64,000 nt of DNA from Auanema rhodensis (taxonomy: Eukaryota > Animalia > Nematoda), in NCBI GenBank assembly GCA_964057225.1, contig OZ059894.1:12214001-12278000 (forward strand). Direction: 5' to 3'. Position 1 is the stretch's first letter. Each line of letters begins with the position of its first letter. Below the pieces are notes generated by a model. It searched no databases and had not been told where the DNA came from. It saw nothing but the letters and a program-made list of their open reading frames with translations. A program made the position numbers and the translations under genes. Of the stretch, positions 51,622 through 64,000 are shown piece after piece.

Positions 51622-52803
51622 ACAGTAAAAAGTCCAATCAAGAGAGAAATTTTTTCAACACATAGTTGTTTTTTTTTTAAATATCATTGTTTTTCCTCAT
51701 AACTCGGTTTAAACTCGTTCTAACCCGTTGAAATACGTCTAGAAAGTCTTTATAACATGCATATGTATGATAGAACTTCATATTTATTGTAATAGAAAAT
51801 TTTATTTTCAGACGTCTTGGTTAACAATGATATGTTTTACCCCCTTATAATTTTTATCATAATGTTCCTTATACGGAACGCTCAATGAAACTTGCTTCCA
51901 GAAAAATTTCTTTCTATTTTTTCTTCATATGTACGTAGATACTATAGAGAACTATGATAGAAAACTTTAACATTCACGAAATCATCATTTCTCATTACGC
52001 TACGGAGGTTTAAAAAGCTGTGTTTTACCTTATAATAGACCGGAAAACCCTTGTGTTAAAACTGGACCGTTTTTACACATATAAAAATGTCCCGTATTCG
52101 GGACCCTAATGTAACTTTTGATTCCCTATATTTTTTTTCATGAAATTTACAATCTACTGTAGAAAGAAGAATTATTTTTATAAAAACTGTAAATTTTTGA
52201 AAAATGAAAACAAAACGAAAACAAAAACAACTTTTTTTTGAACATTTTCTCACACAAGGGTCCCCCCTTACCTACTTTTTTTCTCATTACTCGTTTCAAC
52301 CTCATCCGATCACTCTGCAAACATGTTTAATCGTTCTAACTTGTTGAAATACGTCTTAAAAGTCTAAACAACATGCATATGCATAATAGAAACCACCCGA
52401 ATAGGCCCCCACGCACTAAACGAGATATATACATTACCAGTATAGTAATAGAACACATATTGAAGATTAATTCGATAAGAACAATTTATTGACGTAGAGA
52501 ATGTTTGTTCCGAAAAACTACAATATTAAACTATAAAAGTAACAAAAGCGTAGAGGCAGCAAAGACATGAATAAACATAAATGTAAATACAGAATTACCA
52601 GGTAGTACATAAGTATGACAAAAAATTATAAGAAAGCCATGAAAATAGAAGGTTTGTGAACAAATGAGAGGTACATCTTTGATCGTATAGTCATTTCTAA
52701 ACCGTTCGTATGCTGCAGCATCGTCATAAGCGTCACTCAAGTTGAATTTCCATGTGTACTACACGATTTTCATTCTTATTGTTACATTCTTTCCCTGAGG
52801 GAA

Positions 52804-52987
52804 TGGGCCGTTCCCGCCAGCAGTGCAAGAGCGGGTCGACCCGTGAGGTGGAGCTAGCAAGCCAGCATCTACCTCAAGTCTCAAAAATCGGTTAACCTTA
52901 TTGTGAACCAATGGAACACATATCGAAGGTTAATTCGATAAGAACGATTACTACACTTTGATCTTAGCCAAAAGGCCGAGAAGCGAT
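52804..52987 (-). ncRNA. U2: U2 snRNA
   Basis: Array copy. Confidence 0.96.
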
Positions 52988-53429
52988 ACAGCATAGCCAT
53001 GAGTATCAAAGACATCAAGCAAATGTATCGTACTTGTTACGAGTGCACTCTCTCATTTGAATATAAAAGTGTGGTTTGACAATCTTGACTGTACAGGTCA
53101 TAAATGGCTCATATAAACTGTGGATTTACTCAACTTTTGGACTTATTTTTTTCTTATTCGAAGCGCTGCACTTTTTTCTATTCTTTTTATTCAAATACTT
53201 GTATATAGTTTTATATGTACGGTTGCAAAGTTTCCGAATATTTTATATATTTTTATACAATAATTAGGAGAAGGTTAATACAATGAAATCTCCCAACTTT
53301 ACAGTGTTTGTATTGCTTACAGTATCTAGAACAACCACTCTTGTAATATTAGAGCACATATCAATCAACAACTTTTTCTAGTTATCAAAGCTTTTTTATT
53401 TCTTCAAGATATTTCAAATAAAATATAAA

Positions 53430-53548
53430 AGCTTACGACACCCGGGATTCCCAAGCCGTCTCCGATCCAAGTACTAACCGGGCCCAACGTTGCTTGACTT
53501 GCCAGATCGGACGGGATGGCGTACTTTCAACGTGGTATGGTCGTAAGC
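53430..53548 (-). rRNA. 5S: 5S rRNA
   Basis: Array copy. Confidence 0.97.
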
Positions 53549-53789
53549 AATGTTATATTCTTCATTATCAGTTATATCACTCTAAATCTTGTTGTTAATA
53601 GTTAGGACCACAAAGAAAACAACAGGAACAGTAACAAATGAAATGCCCAAACTTTACAGTGTTCGAGTTATTTACAGTATCTAAGACTACCTCTGTCGTG
53701 TTATTAGAGCAAACATTCGATTAACAACAACTTTTTTTTAGTTATCAAAGCTTTTTTATTTCTTCAAAAAATTTCAAATAAAATATAAA

Positions 53790-53908
53790 AGCTTACGACA
53801 CCCGGGATTCCCAAGCCGTCTCCGATCCAAGTACTAACCGGGCCCAACGTTGCTTGACTTGCCAGATCGGACGGGATGGCGTACTTTCAACGTGGTATGG
53901 TCGTAAGC
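53790..53908 (-). rRNA. 5S: 5S rRNA
   Basis: Array copy. Confidence 0.97.
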
Positions 53909-54050
53909 AATGTCATATTCTTCATTATCAGTTATATCACTCTAAATCTTGTTGTTAATAGATACGACCACAAAGAAAACAACAGGAACAGTAACAATAA
54001 CAAAAAAAATTTTTTTTTCACCTATGTGTCTAAAGGTTAGCCATGTATCC

Positions 54051-54098
<48 letters not shown>

Positions 54099-55279
54099 AC
54101 AGTAAAAAGTCCAATCAAGAGAGAAATTTTTTCAACACATAGTTGTTTTTTTTTAAATATCATTGTTTTTCCTCATAACTCGGTTTAAACTCGTTCTAAC
54201 CCGTTGAAATACGTCTAGAAAGTCTTTATAACATGCATATGTATGATAGAACTTCATATTTATTGTAATAGAAAATTTTATTTTCAGACGTCTTGGTTAA
54301 CAATGATATGTTTTACCCCCTTATAATTTTTATCATAATGTTCCTTATACGGAACGCTCAATGAAACTTGCTTCCAGAAAAATTTCTTTCTATTTTTTCT
54401 TCATATGTACGTAGATACTATAGAGAACTATGATAGAAAACTTTAACATTCACGAAATCATCATTTCTCATTACGCTACGGAGGTTTAAAAAGCTGTGTT
54501 TTACCTTATAATAGACCGGAAAACCCTTGTGTTAAAACTGGACCGTTTTTACACATATAAAAATGTCCCGTATTCGGGACCCTAATGTAACTTTTGATTC
54601 CCTATATTTTTTTTCATGAAATTTACAATCTACTGTAGAAAGAAGAATTATTTTTATAAAAACTGTAAATTTTTGAAAAATGAAAACAAAACGAAAACAA
54701 AAACAACTTTTTTTTGAACATTTTCTCACACAAGGGTCCCCCCTTACCTACTTTTTTTCTCATTACTCGTTTCAACCTCATCCGATCACTCTGCAAACAT
54801 GTTTAATCGTTCTAACTTGTTGAAATACGTCTTAAAAGTCTAAACAACATGCATATGCATAATAGAAACCACCCGAATAGGCCCCCACGCACTAAACGAG
54901 ATATATACATTACCAGTATAGTAATAGAACACATATTGAAGATTAATTCGATAAGAACAATTTATTGACGTAGAGAATGTTTGTTCCGAAAAACTACAAT
55001 ATTAAACTATAAAAGTAACAAAAGCGTAGAGGCAGCAAAGACATGAATAAACATAAATGTAAATACAGAATTACCAGGTAGTACATAAGTATGACAAAAA
55101 ATTATAAGAAAGCCATGAAAATAGAAGGTTTGTGAACAAATGAGAGGTACATCTTTGATCGTATAGTCATTTCTAAACCGTTCGTATGCTGCAGCATCGT
55201 CATAAGCGTCACTCAAGTTGAATTTCCATGTGTACTACACGATTTTCATTCTTATTGTTACATTCTTTCCCTGAGGGAA

Positions 55280-55463
55280 TGGGCCGTTCCCGCCAGCAGT
55301 GCAAGAGCGGGTCGACCCGTGAGGTGGAGCTAGCAAGCCAGCATCTACCTCAAGTCTCAAAAATCGGTTAACCTTATTGTGAACCAATGGAACACATATC
55401 GAAGGTTAATTCGATAAGAACGATTACTACACTTTGATCTTAGCCAAAAGGCCGAGAAGCGAT
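55280..55463 (-). ncRNA. U2: U2 snRNA
   Basis: Array copy. Confidence 0.96.
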
Positions 55464-55905
55464 ACAGCATAGCCATGAGTATCAAAGACATCAAGCAAAT
55501 GTATCGTACTTGTTACGAGTGCACTCTCTCATTTGAATATAAAAGTGTGGTTTGACAATCTTGACTGTACAGGTCATAAATGGCTCATATAAACTGTGGA
55601 TTTACTCAACTTTTGGACTTATTTTTTTCTTATTCGAAGCGCTGCACTTTTTTCTATTCTTTTTATTCAAATACTTGTATATAGTTTTATATGTACGGTT
55701 GCAAAGTTTCCGAATATTTTATATATTTTTATACAATAATTAGGAGAAGGTTAATACAATGAAATCTCCCAACTTTACAGTGTTTGTATTGCTTACAGTA
55801 TCTAGAACAACCACTCTTGTAATATTAGAGCACATATCAATCAACAACTTTTTCTAGTTATCAAAGCTTTTTTATTTCTTCAAGATATTTCAAATAAAAT
55901 ATAAA

Positions 55906-56024
55906 AGCTTACGACACCCGGGATTCCCAAGCCGTCTCCGATCCAAGTACTAACCGGGCCCAACGTTGCTTGACTTGCCAGATCGGACGGGATGGCGTAC
56001 TTTCAACGTGGTATGGTCGTAAGC
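55906..56024 (-). rRNA. 5S: 5S rRNA
   Basis: Array copy. Confidence 0.97.
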
Positions 56025-56265
56025 AATGTTATATTCTTCATTATCAGTTATATCACTCTAAATCTTGTTGTTAATAGTTAGGACCACAAAGAAAACAACA
56101 GGAACAGTAACAAATGAAATGCCCAAACTTTACAGTGTTCGAGTTATTTACAGTATCTAAGACTACCTCTGTCGTGTTATTAGAGCAAACATTCGATTAA
56201 CAACAACTTTTTTTTAGTTATCAAAGCTTTTTTATTTCTTCAAAAAATTTCAAATAAAATATAAA

Positions 56266-56384
56266 AGCTTACGACACCCGGGATTCCCAAGCCGTCTCCG
56301 ATCCAAGTACTAACCGGGCCCAACGTTGCTTGACTTGCCAGATCGGACGGGATGGCGTACTTTCAACGTGGTATGGTCGTAAGC
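56266..56384 (-). rRNA. 5S: 5S rRNA
   Basis: Array copy. Confidence 0.97.
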
Positions 56385-56526
56385 AATGTCATATTCTTCA
56401 TTATCAGTTATATCACTCTAAATCTTGTTGTTAATAGATACGACCACAAAGAAAACAACAGGAACAGTAACAATAACAAAAAAAATTTTTTTTTCACCTA
56501 TGTGTCTAAAGGTTAGCCATGTATCC

Positions 56527-56576
<50 letters not shown>

Positions 56577-57757
56577 ACAGTAAAAAGTCCAATCAAGAGA
56601 GAAATTTTTTCAACACATAGTTGTTTTTTTTTAAATATCATTGTTTTTCCTCATAACTCGGTTTAAACTCGTTCTAACCCGTTGAAATACGTCTAGAAAG
56701 TCTTTATAACATGCATATGTATGATAGAACTTCATATTTATTGTAATAGAAAATTTTATTTTCAGACGTCTTGGTTAACAATGATATGTTTTACCCCCTT
56801 ATAATTTTTATCATAATGTTCCTTATACGGAACGCTCAATGAAACTTGCTTCCAGAAAAATTTCTTTCTATTTTTTCTTCATATGTACGTAGATACTATA
56901 GAGAACTATGATAGAAAACTTTAACATTCACGAAATCATCATTTCTCATTACGCTACGGAGGTTTAAAAAGCTGTGTTTTACCTTATAATAGACCGGAAA
57001 ACCCTTGTGTTAAAACTGGACCGTTTTTACACATATAAAAATGTCCCGTATTCGGGACCCTAATGTAACTTTTGATTCCCTATATTTTTTTTCATGAAAT
57101 TTACAATCTACTGTAGAAAGAAGAATTATTTTTATAAAAACTGTAAATTTTTGAAAAATGAAAACAAAACGAAAACAAAAACAACTTTTTTTTGAACATT
57201 TTCTCACACAAGGGTCCCCCCTTACCTACTTTTTTTCTCATTACTCGTTTCAACCTCATCCGATCACTCTGCAAACATGTTTAATCGTTCTAACTTGTTG
57301 AAATACGTCTTAAAAGTCTAAACAACATGCATATGCATAATAGAAACCACCCGAATAGGCCCCCACGCACTAAACGAGATATATACATTACCAGTATAGT
57401 AATAGAACACATATTGAAGATTAATTCGATAAGAACAATTTATTGACGTAGAGAATGTTTGTTCCGAAAAACTACAATATTAAACTATAAAAGTAACAAA
57501 AGCGTAGAGGCAGCAAAGACATGAATAAACATAAATGTAAATACAGAATTACCAGGTAGTACATAAGTATGACAAAAAATTATAAGAAAGCCATGAAAAT
57601 AGAAGGTTTGTGAACAAATGAGAGGTACATCTTTGATCGTATAGTCATTTCTAAACCGTTCGTATGCTGCAGCATCGTCATAAGCGTCACTCAAGTTGAA
57701 TTTCCATGTGTACTACACGATTTTCATTCTTATTGTTACATTCTTTCCCTGAGGGAA

Positions 57758-57941
57758 TGGGCCGTTCCCGCCAGCAGTGCAAGAGCGGGTCGACCCGTGA
57801 GGTGGAGCTAGCAAGCCAGCATCTACCTCAAGTCTCAAAAATCGGTTAACCTTATTGTGAACCAATGGAACACATATCGAAGGTTAATTCGATAAGAACG
57901 ATTACTACACTTTGATCTTAGCCAAAAGGCCGAGAAGCGAT
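57758..57941 (-). ncRNA. U2: U2 snRNA
   Basis: Array copy. Confidence 0.96.
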
Positions 57942-58383
57942 ACAGCATAGCCATGAGTATCAAAGACATCAAGCAAATGTATCGTACTTGTTACGAGTGC
58001 ACTCTCTCATTTGAATATAAAAGTGTGGTTTGACAATCTTGACTGTACAGGTCATAAATGGCTCATATAAACTGTGGATTTACTCAACTTTTGGACTTAT
58101 TTTTTTCTTATTCGAAGCGCTGCACTTTTTTCTATTCTTTTTATTCAAATACTTGTATATAGTTTTATATGTACGGTTGCAAAGTTTCCGAATATTTTAT
58201 ATATTTTTATACAATAATTAGGAGAAGGTTAATACAATGAAATCTCCCAACTTTACAGTGTTTGTATTGCTTACAGTATCTAGAACAACCACTCTTGTAA
58301 TATTAGAGCACATATCAATCAACAACTTTTTCTAGTTATCAAAGCTTTTTTATTTCTTCAAGATATTTCAAATAAAATATAAA

Positions 58384-58502
58384 AGCTTACGACACCCGGG
58401 ATTCCCAAGCCGTCTCCGATCCAAGTACTAACCGGGCCCAACGTTGCTTGACTTGCCAGATCGGACGGGATGGCGTACTTTCAACGTGGTATGGTCGTAA
58501 GC
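58384..58502 (-). rRNA. 5S: 5S rRNA
   Basis: Array copy. Confidence 0.97.
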
Positions 58503-58743
58503 AATGTTATATTCTTCATTATCAGTTATATCACTCTAAATCTTGTTGTTAATAGTTAGGACCACAAAGAAAACAACAGGAACAGTAACAAATGAAATGC
58601 CCAAACTTTACAGTGTTCGAGTTATTTACAGTATCTAAGACTACCTCTGTCGTGTTATTAGAGCAAACATTCGATTAACAACAACTTTTTTTTAGTTATC
58701 AAAGCTTTTTTATTTCTTCAAAAAATTTCAAATAAAATATAAA

Positions 58744-58862
58744 AGCTTACGACACCCGGGATTCCCAAGCCGTCTCCGATCCAAGTACTAACCGGGCCCA
58801 ACGTTGCTTGACTTGCCAGATCGGACGGGATGGCGTACTTTCAACGTGGTATGGTCGTAAGC
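58744..58862 (-). rRNA. 5S: 5S rRNA
   Basis: Array copy. Confidence 0.97.
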
Positions 58863-59004
58863 AATGTCATATTCTTCATTATCAGTTATATCACTCTAAA
58901 TCTTGTTGTTAATAGATACGACCACAAAGAAAACAACAGGAACAGTAACAATAACAAAAAAAATTTTTTTTTCACCTATGTGTCTAAAGGTTAGCCATGT
59001 ATCC

Positions 59005-59050
<46 letters not shown>

Positions 59051-60232
59051 ACAGTAAAAAGTCCAATCAAGAGAGAAATTTTTTCAACACATAGTTGTTT
59101 TTTTTTTAAATATCATTGTTTTTCCTCATAACTCGGTTTAAACTCGTTCTAACCCGTTGAAATACGTCTAGAAAGTCTTTATAACATGCATATGTATGAT
59201 AGAACTTCATATTTATTGTAATAGAAAATTTTATTTTCAGACGTCTTGGTTAACAATGATATGTTTTACCCCCTTATAATTTTTATCATAATGTTCCTTA
59301 TACGGAACGCTCAATGAAACTTGCTTCCAGAAAAATTTCTTTCTATTTTTTCTTCATATGTACGTAGATACTATAGAGAACTATGATAGAAAACTTTAAC
59401 ATTCACGAAATCATCATTTCTCATTACGCTACGGAGGTTTAAAAAGCTGTGTTTTACCTTATAATAGACCGGAAAACCCTTGTGTTAAAACTGGACCGTT
59501 TTTACACATATAAAAATGTCCCGTATTCGGGACCCTAATGTAACTTTTGATTCCCTATATTTTTTTTCATGAAATTTACAATCTACTGTAGAAAGAAGAA
59601 TTATTTTTATAAAAACTGTAAATTTTTGAAAAATGAAAACAAAACGAAAACAAAAACAACTTTTTTTTGAACATTTTCTCACACAAGGGTCCCCCCTTAC
59701 CTACTTTTTTTCTCATTACTCGTTTCAACCTCATCCGATCACTCTGCAAACATGTTTAATCGTTCTAACTTGTTGAAATACGTCTTAAAAGTCTAAACAA
59801 CATGCATATGCATAATAGAAACCACCCGAATAGGCCCCCACGCACTAAACGAGATATATACATTACCAGTATAGTAATAGAACACATATTGAAGATTAAT
59901 TCGATAAGAACAATTTATTGACGTAGAGAATGTTTGTTCCGAAAAACTACAATATTAAACTATAAAAGTAACAAAAGCGTAGAGGCAGCAAAGACATGAA
60001 TAAACATAAATGTAAATACAGAATTACCAGGTAGTACATAAGTATGACAAAAAATTATAAGAAAGCCATGAAAATAGAAGGTTTGTGAACAAATGAGAGG
60101 TACATCTTTGATCGTATAGTCATTTCTAAACCGTTCGTATGCTGCAGCATCGTCATAAGCGTCACTCAAGTTGAATTTCCATGTGTACTACACGATTTTC
60201 ATTCTTATTGTTACATTCTTTCCCTGAGGGAA

Positions 60233-60416
60233 TGGGCCGTTCCCGCCAGCAGTGCAAGAGCGGGTCGACCCGTGAGGTGGAGCTAGCAAGCCAGCATCTA
60301 CCTCAAGTCTCAAAAATCGGTTAACCTTATTGTGAACCAATGGAACACATATCGAAGGTTAATTCGATAAGAACGATTACTACACTTTGATCTTAGCCAA
60401 AAGGCCGAGAAGCGAT
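60233..60416 (-). ncRNA. U2: U2 snRNA
   Basis: Array copy. Confidence 0.96.
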
Positions 60417-60858
60417 ATAGCATAGCCATGAGTATCAAAGACATCAAGCAAATGTATCGTACTTGTTACGAGTGCACTCTCTCATTTGAATATAAAAGTG
60501 TGGTTTGACAATCTTGACTGTACAGGTCATAAATGGCTCATATAAACTGTGGATTTACTCAACTTTTGGACTTATTTTTTTCTTATTCGAAGCGCTGCAC
60601 TTTTTTCTATTCTTTTTATTCAAATACTTGTATATAGTTTTATATGTACGGTTGCAAAGTTTCCGAATATTTTATATATTTTTATACAATAATTAGGAGA
60701 AGGTTAATACAATGAAATCTCCCAACTTTACAGTGTTTGTATTGCTTACAGTATCTAGAACAACCACTCTTGTAATATTAGAGCACATATCAATCAACAA
60801 CTTTTTCTAGTTATCAAAGCTTTTTTATTTCTTCAAGATATTTCAAATAAAATATAAA

Positions 60859-60977
60859 AGCTTACGACACCCGGGATTCCCAAGCCGTCTCCGATCCAAG
60901 TACTAACCGGGCCCAACGTTGCTTGACTTGCCAGATCGGACGGGATGGCGTACTTTCAACGTGGTATGGTCGTAAGC
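60859..60977 (-). rRNA. 5S: 5S rRNA
   Basis: Array copy. Confidence 0.97.
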
Positions 60978-61218
60978 AATGTTATATTCTTCATTATCAG
61001 TTATATCACTCTAAATCTTGTTGTTAATAGTTAGGACCACAAAGAAAACAACAGGAACAGTAACAAATGAAATGCCCAAACTTTACAGTGTTCGAGTTAT
61101 TTACAGTATCTAAGACTACCTCTGTCGTGTTATTAGAGCAAACATTCGATTAACAACAACTTTTTTTTAGTTATCAAAGCTTTTTTATTTCTTCAAAAAA
61201 TTTCAAATAAAATATAAA

Positions 61219-61337
61219 AGCTTACGACACCCGGGATTCCCAAGCCGTCTCCGATCCAAGTACTAACCGGGCCCAACGTTGCTTGACTTGCCAGATCGGA
61301 CGGGATGGCGTACTTTCAACGTGGTATGGTCGTAAGC
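61219..61337 (-). rRNA. 5S: 5S rRNA
   Basis: Array copy. Confidence 0.97.
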
Positions 61338-61479
61338 AATGTCATATTCTTCATTATCAGTTATATCACTCTAAATCTTGTTGTTAATAGATACGACCAC
61401 AAAGAAAACAACAGGAACAGTAACAATAACAAAAAAAATTTTTTTTTCACCTATGTGTCTAAAGGTTAGCCATGTATCC

Positions 61480-61535
<56 letters not shown>

Positions 61536-62717
61536 ACAGTAAAAAGTCCAATCAAGAGAGAAATTTTTTCAACACATAGTTGTTTTTTTTTTAAATATCA
61601 TTGTTTTTCCTCATAACTCGGTTTAAACTCGTTCTAACCCGTTGAAATACGTCTAGAAAGTCTTTATAACATGCATATGTATGATAGAACTTCATATTTA
61701 TTGTAATAGAAAATTTTATTTTCAGACGTCTTGGTTAACAATGATATGTTTTACCCCCTTATAATTTTTATCATAATGTTCCTTATACGGAACGCTCAAT
61801 GAAACTTGCTTCCAGAAAAATTTCTTTCTATTTTTTCTTCATATGTACGTAGATACTATAGAGAACTATGATAGAAAACTTTAACATTCACGAAATCATC
61901 ATTTCTCATTACGCTACGGAGGTTTAAAAAGCTGTGTTTTACCTTATAATAGACCGGAAAACCCTTGTGTTAAAACTGGACCGTTTTTACACATATAAAA
62001 ATGTCCCGTATTCGGGACCCTAATGTAACTTTTGATTCCCTATATTTTTTTTCATGAAATTTACAATCTACTGTAGAAAGAAGAATTATTTTTATAAAAA
62101 CTGTAAATTTTTGAAAAATGAAAACAAAACGAAAACAAAAACAACTTTTTTTTGAACATTTTCTCACACAAGGGTCCCCCCTTACCTACTTTTTTTCTCA
62201 TTACTCGTTTCAACCTCATCCGATCACTCTGCAAACATGTTTAATCGTTCTAACTTGTTGAAATACGTCTTAAAAGTCTAAACAACATGCATATGCATAA
62301 TAGAAACCACCCGAATAGGCCCCCACGCACTAAACGAGATATATACATTACCAGTATAGTAATAGAACACATATTGAAGATTAATTCGATAAGAACAATT
62401 TATTGACGTAGAGAATGTTTGTTCCGAAAAACTACAATATTAAACTATAAAAGTAACAAAAGCGTAGAGGCAGCAAAGACATGAATAAACATAAATGTAA
62501 ATACAGAATTACCAGGTAGTACATAAGTATGACAAAAAATTATAAGAAAGCCATGAAAATAGAAGGTTTGTGAACAAATGAGAGGTACATCTTTGATCGT
62601 ATAGTCATTTCTAAACCGTTCGTATGCTGCAGCATCGTCATAAGCGTCACTCAAGTTGAATTTCCATGTGTACTACACGATTTTCATTCTTATTGTTACA
62701 TTCTTTCCCTGAGGGAA

Positions 62718-62901
62718 TGGGCCGTTCCCGCCAGCAGTGCAAGAGCGGGTCGACCCGTGAGGTGGAGCTAGCAAGCCAGCATCTACCTCAAGTCTCAAAA
62801 ATCGGTTAACCTTATTGTGAACCAATGGAACACATATCGAAGGTTAATTCGATAAGAACGATTACTACACTTTGATCTTAGCCAAAAGGCCGAGAAGCGA
62901 T
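62718..62901 (-). ncRNA. U2: U2 snRNA
   Basis: Array copy. Confidence 0.96.
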
Positions 62902-63343
62902 ACAGCATAGCCATGAGTATCAAAGACATCAAGCAAATGTATCGTACTTGTTACGAGTGCACTCTCTCATTTGAATATAAAAGTGTGGTTTGACAATCTT
63001 GACTGTACAGGTCATAAATGGCTCATATAAACTGTGGATTTACTCAACTTTTGGACTTATTTTTTTCTTATTCGAAGCGCTGCACTTTTTTCTATTCTTT
63101 TTATTCAAATACTTGTATATAGTTTTATATGTACGGTTGCAAAGTTTCCGAATATTTTATATATTTTTATACAATAATTAGGAGAAGGTTAATACAATGA
63201 AATCTCCCAACTTTACAGTGTTTGTATTGCTTACAGTATCTAGAACAACCACTCTTGTAATATTAGAGCACATATCAATCAACAACTTTTTCTAGTTATC
63301 AAAGCTTTTTTATTTCTTCAAGATATTTCAAATAAAATATAAA

Positions 63344-63462
63344 AGCTTACGACACCCGGGATTCCCAAGCCGTCTCCGATCCAAGTACTAACCGGGCCCA
63401 ACGTTGCTTGACTTGCCAGATCGGACGGGATGGCGTACTTTCAACGTGGTATGGTCGTAAGC
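63344..63462 (-). rRNA. 5S: 5S rRNA
   Basis: Array copy. Confidence 0.97.
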
Positions 63463-63703
63463 AATGTTATATTCTTCATTATCAGTTATATCACTCTAAA
63501 TCTTGTTGTTAATAGTTAGGACCACAAAGAAAACAACAGGAACAGTAACAAATGAAATGCCCAAACTTTACAGTGTTCGAGTTATTTACAGTATCTAAGA
63601 CTACCTCTGTCGTGTTATTAGAGCAAACATTCGATTAACAACAACTTTTTTTTAGTTATCAAAGCTTTTTTATTTCTTCAAAAAATTTCAAATAAAATAT
63701 AAA

Positions 63704-63822
63704 AGCTTACGACACCCGGGATTCCCAAGCCGTCTCCGATCCAAGTACTAACCGGGCCCAACGTTGCTTGACTTGCCAGATCGGACGGGATGGCGTACTT
63801 TCAACGTGGTATGGTCGTAAGC
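63704..63822 (-). rRNA. 5S: 5S rRNA
   Basis: Array copy. Confidence 0.97.
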
Positions 63823-63964
63823 AATGTCATATTCTTCATTATCAGTTATATCACTCTAAATCTTGTTGTTAATAGATACGACCACAAAGAAAACAACAGG
63901 AACAGTAACAATAACAAAAAAAATTTTTTTTTCACCTATGTGTCTAAAGGTTAGCCATGTATCC

Positions 63965-64000
<36 letters not shown>

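Larger units (their letters stand above)
1..64000 (-). repeat. Tandem array of ~2.48 kb 5S-5S-U2 units (24 U2 loci, 25 5S pairs); runs off both window ends
   Basis: Identical marker ORFs recur at 7467, 9945, 12428 ... 61970 with spacing 2461-2487 bp. The first interval (1214 to 7467 = 6253 bp) is enlarged by the 3721-bp insertion plus the 61-bp duplication. Confidence 0.99.

Noticed and set aside
1214-63181. Recurring 61-79 aa ORFs (MRKCSKK..., MSDAYDD..., MTILTVQ..., MLLIDTT...)
   Set aside because: Non-ATG starts, low-complexity AT-rich translations, and frames that shift with TA-tract or homopolymer length. They recur only because the unit is repeated.
1-64000. CRISPR-like array or prokaryotic RT system (retron, DGR, group II intron)
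   Set aside because: Units are 2.5 kb with no unique spacers, the RNAs are eukaryotic 5S and U2, and the RT has non-LTR RLE architecture.

Overview
Eukaryotic, nematode-like DNA (taxon inferred from the 5S and U2 sequences). Almost the whole window is a highly homogenised head-to-tail tandem array with units of 2461-2487 bp. Each unit carries, on the minus strand, two identical 5S rRNA genes in a 360-bp internal duplication, one 184-nt U2 snRNA gene, a length-variable (TA)n tract and an AT-rich spacer. I count 50 5S genes, 23 intact U2 genes and one interrupted U2 gene. The interrupted U2 holds an apparently full-length 3721-bp non-LTR retrotransposon (2111-5831, co-oriented with U2). Its single intact 1092-aa ORF has two N-terminal zinc fingers, a reverse transcriptase, a CCHC knuckle and a restriction-like endonuclease, which fits the U2-specific Utopia family. 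Highlights: (1) a 61-bp duplication of U2 nt 36-96 flanks the element, fusing a U2 5' domain that stops just before the Sm site to a 52-nt 5' UTR; (2) that UTR is gapped-antisense to U2 nt 21-39; (3) every array unit appears to carry a fossil of an older insertion at essentially the same U2 site; (4) all U2 copies deviate from the conserved GUAGUAUCUG motif right at the target site. The short ORFs recurring in each unit are artefacts. Coordinates of later repeat copies come from fixed offsets to the ORF track and were spot-checked.
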